NCBI GenBank assembly: GCA_036867785.1
Contig: CP145420.1
Coordinates: forward strand, 124,001-188,000
Reading direction: 5' to 3'
Length of the DNA: 64,000 nucleotides
Source: Plasmodiophora brassicae
Taxonomy: Eukaryota
This document shows, piece after piece, positions 62,401 to 64,000 of the stretch. The stretch's first letter is position 1. Each line of letters opens with the position of its first letter. The notes beneath the pieces were generated by a model that made no database searches, was not told where the DNA came from, and saw nothing but the letters and a program-made list of their open reading frames with translations. A program made the translations under genes and the position numbers.

Positions 62401-64000
62401 GACCCAGCTGCCGTCGCAACCGTTGACGACAGCCGTTACGATTGCGCCTCGCTTCATCGTTCGGAACGAGACGCGGAGAGATGTCCTGCTCCGTCAGGTT
62501 CGAACGGTCGAAAGGACGTCTGTGGGTCCCGGTCAGCACAGCGCAGTCCACAGATATGACAGTCGACGACCTGCTCACTATCTCCTTCAGCTGTGTGATT
62601 TCGGGGCAGTGTGGTCTGGTGCGGTTGCGTTCGACTCCCCTGGCCACGTCGCGCTTCGTCTCCTCAACAAGCACGCCCCGCAGCAGTCGTGCATCATTCG
62701 AGTAGATTGCACGCTTGTTCGCGCGACCTATGAGATTCGGCTCATCGACACGATGAGTGCCCCTTATCGTATCGAGAACATATCGTTCCTCGTGATCATG
62801 TTCTCCCAGGAGGGGGTCCCGTCGCGATCTACTCGGGTACTGCCGTATCATTCGAAAGAGTTCGCTTGGGATGATCCGATGCGCCGCCGGCGAATCGTGG
62901 TCAGCGCGCTGCTTGATGACGGAGATGCCGATGGCAGCGCGGTGTACGTCGGGACCTTCAGTGTCGACCGCCTTGGTGAGTATGCACCTGTGCTTGTCCA
63001 TGGGCATGATCGCAAGCTGCCCCGAGCGCGTGAACTGAAAGTGGACGTCGTCGCACAAGGTGCTGTCCGGGTCCTACGAGTGTTCGACACGATGCTGACC
63101 GCTCGCCCTCCTGTTCCTCTGCAACAGCATGGCCTTCATGCCCTGACGTTCGATCTGCGGCTGCGCTTGCCCGCCTTTGGCATTTCTTTGATGTCTGACT
63201 CCGAGAGCGATGGTCGTCGACGCGAGTTGTCGTACTTGCGCGTGAGCGAATTGAACGCGAACGTGTACACGAACGTCGTGGGCATTGACTGTCGGGTATG
63301 GACGGGCGCCATCCAGGTTGATAACCAGACCTATGGGGCAGCGTACCCTGTTGTTCTGCAGGCTCATAGTGGTGCGACAGTCCAGTTTAGCATCAGCCTG
63401 CAGCAATCCACTGGATTGTTATCCTTCGTCCCGAACTGCGCCATCACCATTCCACCACTGCTTTCGGTCTGCGTCGAGTGGTCGTTTCTCGCACTACTGC
63501 TCGCATCGGCCCCGTTTCGACTCCTACTGGAAGCGCCGGCCGTCGAAGAACCTGATGCCGCACCGAGGGCGCTTTCTCCCGTCCGTGTCATCACGACGAC
63601 AACGCAAATTGTGCCGGCCGAGCAAGACGTCCAGCGCCTATACTGTCACACGCTGTCAATTTCTCGTTTCACCGTGCGCCTCAGCACGACGTCCACGGTA
63701 TCTGTCGGGAGCGGAGGCCCATTGCAACTCATGCTGCGAGCCGCTGGCGCCAGCCTGGCCAACATTGAGGATGCGTTCATTGTCATGCACGCTGTGAACA
63801 ACGTGGACGTGCTGGCAACCCCCGCCGAGCTGAAAGGGCGCCTGGCTCAGCAGTACGTCCTCCAGGTGATGCGCGAGTCGTATAAGCTAGTTGGCAGCGC
63901 CGACTTCCTGGGCAACCCGTTCGCCTTGGTTGCCAACCTGTCCGCGGGCATCGCCGATATGGTTCGGCTGCCTGCGAAAGGCCTGGCTCGGTTGTCGCCC
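56465..64000 (+). CDS. VPS13: VPS13-family lipid-transfer protein (runs off the window)
   Basis: Chorein N-terminus MFQNLVASQLSSFLGAYIEN...GVWNGVVDL...IGHLQLTIPW, WEPFIEPW, IQVDNQ, and YKLVGSADFLGNP near the window end, all in the same frame. Confidence 0.93.
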   Translation, partial: MFQNLVASQLSSFLGAYIENWRPSQLQASLGVWNGVVDLHDVAIRKDALTFAGLPVRPVSARIGHLQLTIPWTNMTSAAVDVLVEDVDIVLCTDYDISVAESALRKSESMARRALLDKNKLGAKRRRPGFDAGFADRFLMSLLYNFRLDVRGLRLCLQDDVTFGGRSLVTMQVTWGSVVIEPSDEAGAPASISSDDAFAFKRVTVDDLQLQWNQRTVLESAAFTANVRLVKQAELRSGPRPPRVVAAVTCHSMCVHMSKQIAQDVSAISSAFVHFRESKTAVSVPAIRPMFGVSGFARAWWHYAFREVQRPSTFTWRYIRSFRNDFSQYVDLYAKELQIELPDDAGRASTLRDIESRRTVEQILLMRRVAENTLASREAQILDSKRRRRSSMVSWASLLKSFIMSSNDAVDGDSGSQSDEAEPSRGDPGGEVRYSVRFELDDIRLLGIQDTATFAELRCLGVACSFRSVDGMLHSEVIITDIGAHDHSGREDRVDLIHATKWVFDERRSEESFGAVSLVEPRVAEIRVTSSSSGADINVSVLPIEIVLSSTLFRLLDICRPHVGHADVSSEPSEGATSFEVSPRTMVDVSFTAPRLVLPDSEGAATWVVALDSVSISNVEGNTLHCDLFNLNLLAGDIDNPSPRVLDPPLSLVTINRDDHATQIDIPAINLQLPSILALSFVRAVQSVSNALNIGHESGAFPGSASGPSYSSDLSVTVSAVRFTVDDVGLINVSSLSVVDSTERLDIVFGRGSVYTLIRCGFEVGPMNADSTGLRIGLTKWSDIEVYCSSLQVALDAELMQILQDWSLPGSTAPGSSGGLSVSFHAPCTTLSVVDILQAQFTQSKVRYTSEKIDVSLEDAKIVDKRSVDPQYSNLLGKRDRSSHLLFLSISPSKIAAKVAPAQWVIVPRFVTDIIGVLPIAPRSTSNQAAAPPLFLDIDIAQSLVLLPRVGTSTGTEHLVIDISSASITCNGIDRGSAVLSSMQIHRACSAAPIDGIVDDMTITVNASIPEQLIEVRFSPVSFNVGSRAISLINSVVDSFSLLVPSSDKVEANDQQTTVTVAAEKTDVCIGDGDCLITSLCIVGLQFSILSSRPEGTRIRLSVSRVSADDWLELHSGPGNHSDDLLTAVCVEDPDGQSKMDLNVNVPGCQFVSTGADAIRQCVDMFREAIAPEGRAAAVSQRPDTVLRANVNVDDALVTFCASRPSPRNASFRVGLSVAAFIQGSTAGSLDAAQVDITNITAVITRSLPTLSSVSLIIPAQLFVMLDRRDRLMTLHVPLLDTCLHGTDISDLSSLVSAMPSNDAATSSTIVAVKDILDSSKAGFSFAVDEARIQLVRESLTIVNEPVFKATLQQLDVSFSSSNNSIGSSMMCRANIFAETYNQILEHWEPFIEPWPLSVSLSSSKESVTVEVGASSAKVFDCNISDSVVGALQTAFEAALLSTSTADLRCISVDNRTGSPIRVRFGGGKSSVFSAVDPGQVDSLEFAFELGSLRPGEVAGETDRRRPQRVQSGTVTVQLGTPGDNGTDDWAHWAPIESITVDESTVNNTRVHLLSRAEVQDDSASFEGNASLYVTSHVISTSHLMLRSPMVIRNSTPTDMCIRIESQRGVTQLMVSSDDDCPLPIWMLEERRRHSSCSIRPCGTPRAEFATLFTFPELHALGEFEPRVVQCGPSFAIAIRTWASVRKHAPAFAIVIEPLLSITNNLPFQLLCSIDGRQDTNRKLASGATVHYYEQAQTCAMRHAGSEEWSDPIPVADRDSARGTNSHGHRLRVPEGPEAIRCMTDFTIVGCAIRVSVFARYWIINRSALELIYGVKEAPSDRPTLCPGQAGGLDFPTVQPFESRRISSPLPVWADRAPWYAFPVPRRAEADTSSNPALGLVVLARPEYAAPHLAWTREVDQTPDDELALAFSPDKEALFGPLLLHLRLFGNGPSWSSGCPLGLPLSAAVHVTLRGSVPHSSLPTTRESIHRMFDLGIWQTQLPSQPLTTAVTIAPRFIVRNETRRDVLLRQVRTVERTSVGPGQHSAVHRYDSRRPAHYLLQLCDFGAVWSGAVAFDSPGHVALRLLNKHAPQQSCIIRVDCTLVRATYEIRLIDTMSAPYRIENISFLVIMFSQEGVPSRSTRVLPYHSKEFAWDDPMRRRRIVVSALLDDGDADGSAVYVGTFSVDRLGEYAPVLVHGHDRKLPRARELKVDVVAQGAVRVLRVFDTMLTARPPVPLQQHGLHALTFDLRLRLPAFGISLMSDSESDGRRRELSYLRVSELNANVYTNVVGIDCRVWTGAIQVDNQTYGAAYPVVLQAHSGATVQFSISLQQSTGLLSFVPNCAITIPPLLSVCVEWSFLALLLASAPFRLLLEAPAVEEPDAAPRALSPVRVITTTTQIVPAEQDVQRLYCHTLSISRFTVRLSTTSTVSVGSGGPLQLMLRAAGASLANIEDAFIVMHAVNNVDVLATPAELKGRLAQQYVLQVMRESYKLVGSADFLGNPFALVANLSAGIADMVRLPAKGLARLSP

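Overview
Gene-dense, GC-rich eukaryotic (protist-type) DNA with many short (about 45-70 nt) spliceosomal introns. The style resembles a phytomyxid such as Plasmodiophora, which is inference only. Housekeeping genes recognised from translated motifs: PUS7, CWC15, ESS2, ATP synthase epsilon, PNKP, PEX10, TFIIIA, NAD kinase, a PiT phosphate transporter, C1-THF synthase, an INTS13-like gene, GH38 alpha-mannosidase, a CUE/F-box/LRR gene and VPS13. The accessory portion (about 2-5.7 kb and 12.3-27.7 kb) holds three signal-peptide LRR genes built largely from one-repeat phase-2 exons. Two of them are paralogs in an inverted duplication. The third is an LRR-SUEL lectin-mucin-TM receptor-like gene. Each of the three has a transposon in it or next to it: nested hAT elements upstream of one, a chromodomain Gypsy with identical LTRs in an intron of another, and a 2-kb non-autonomous LTR element with an internal tandem repeat in the signal-peptide exon of the third. 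A solo LTR, a truncated pogo and a Copia relic are also present. All gene models and alignments were made by eye; no database searches were run.
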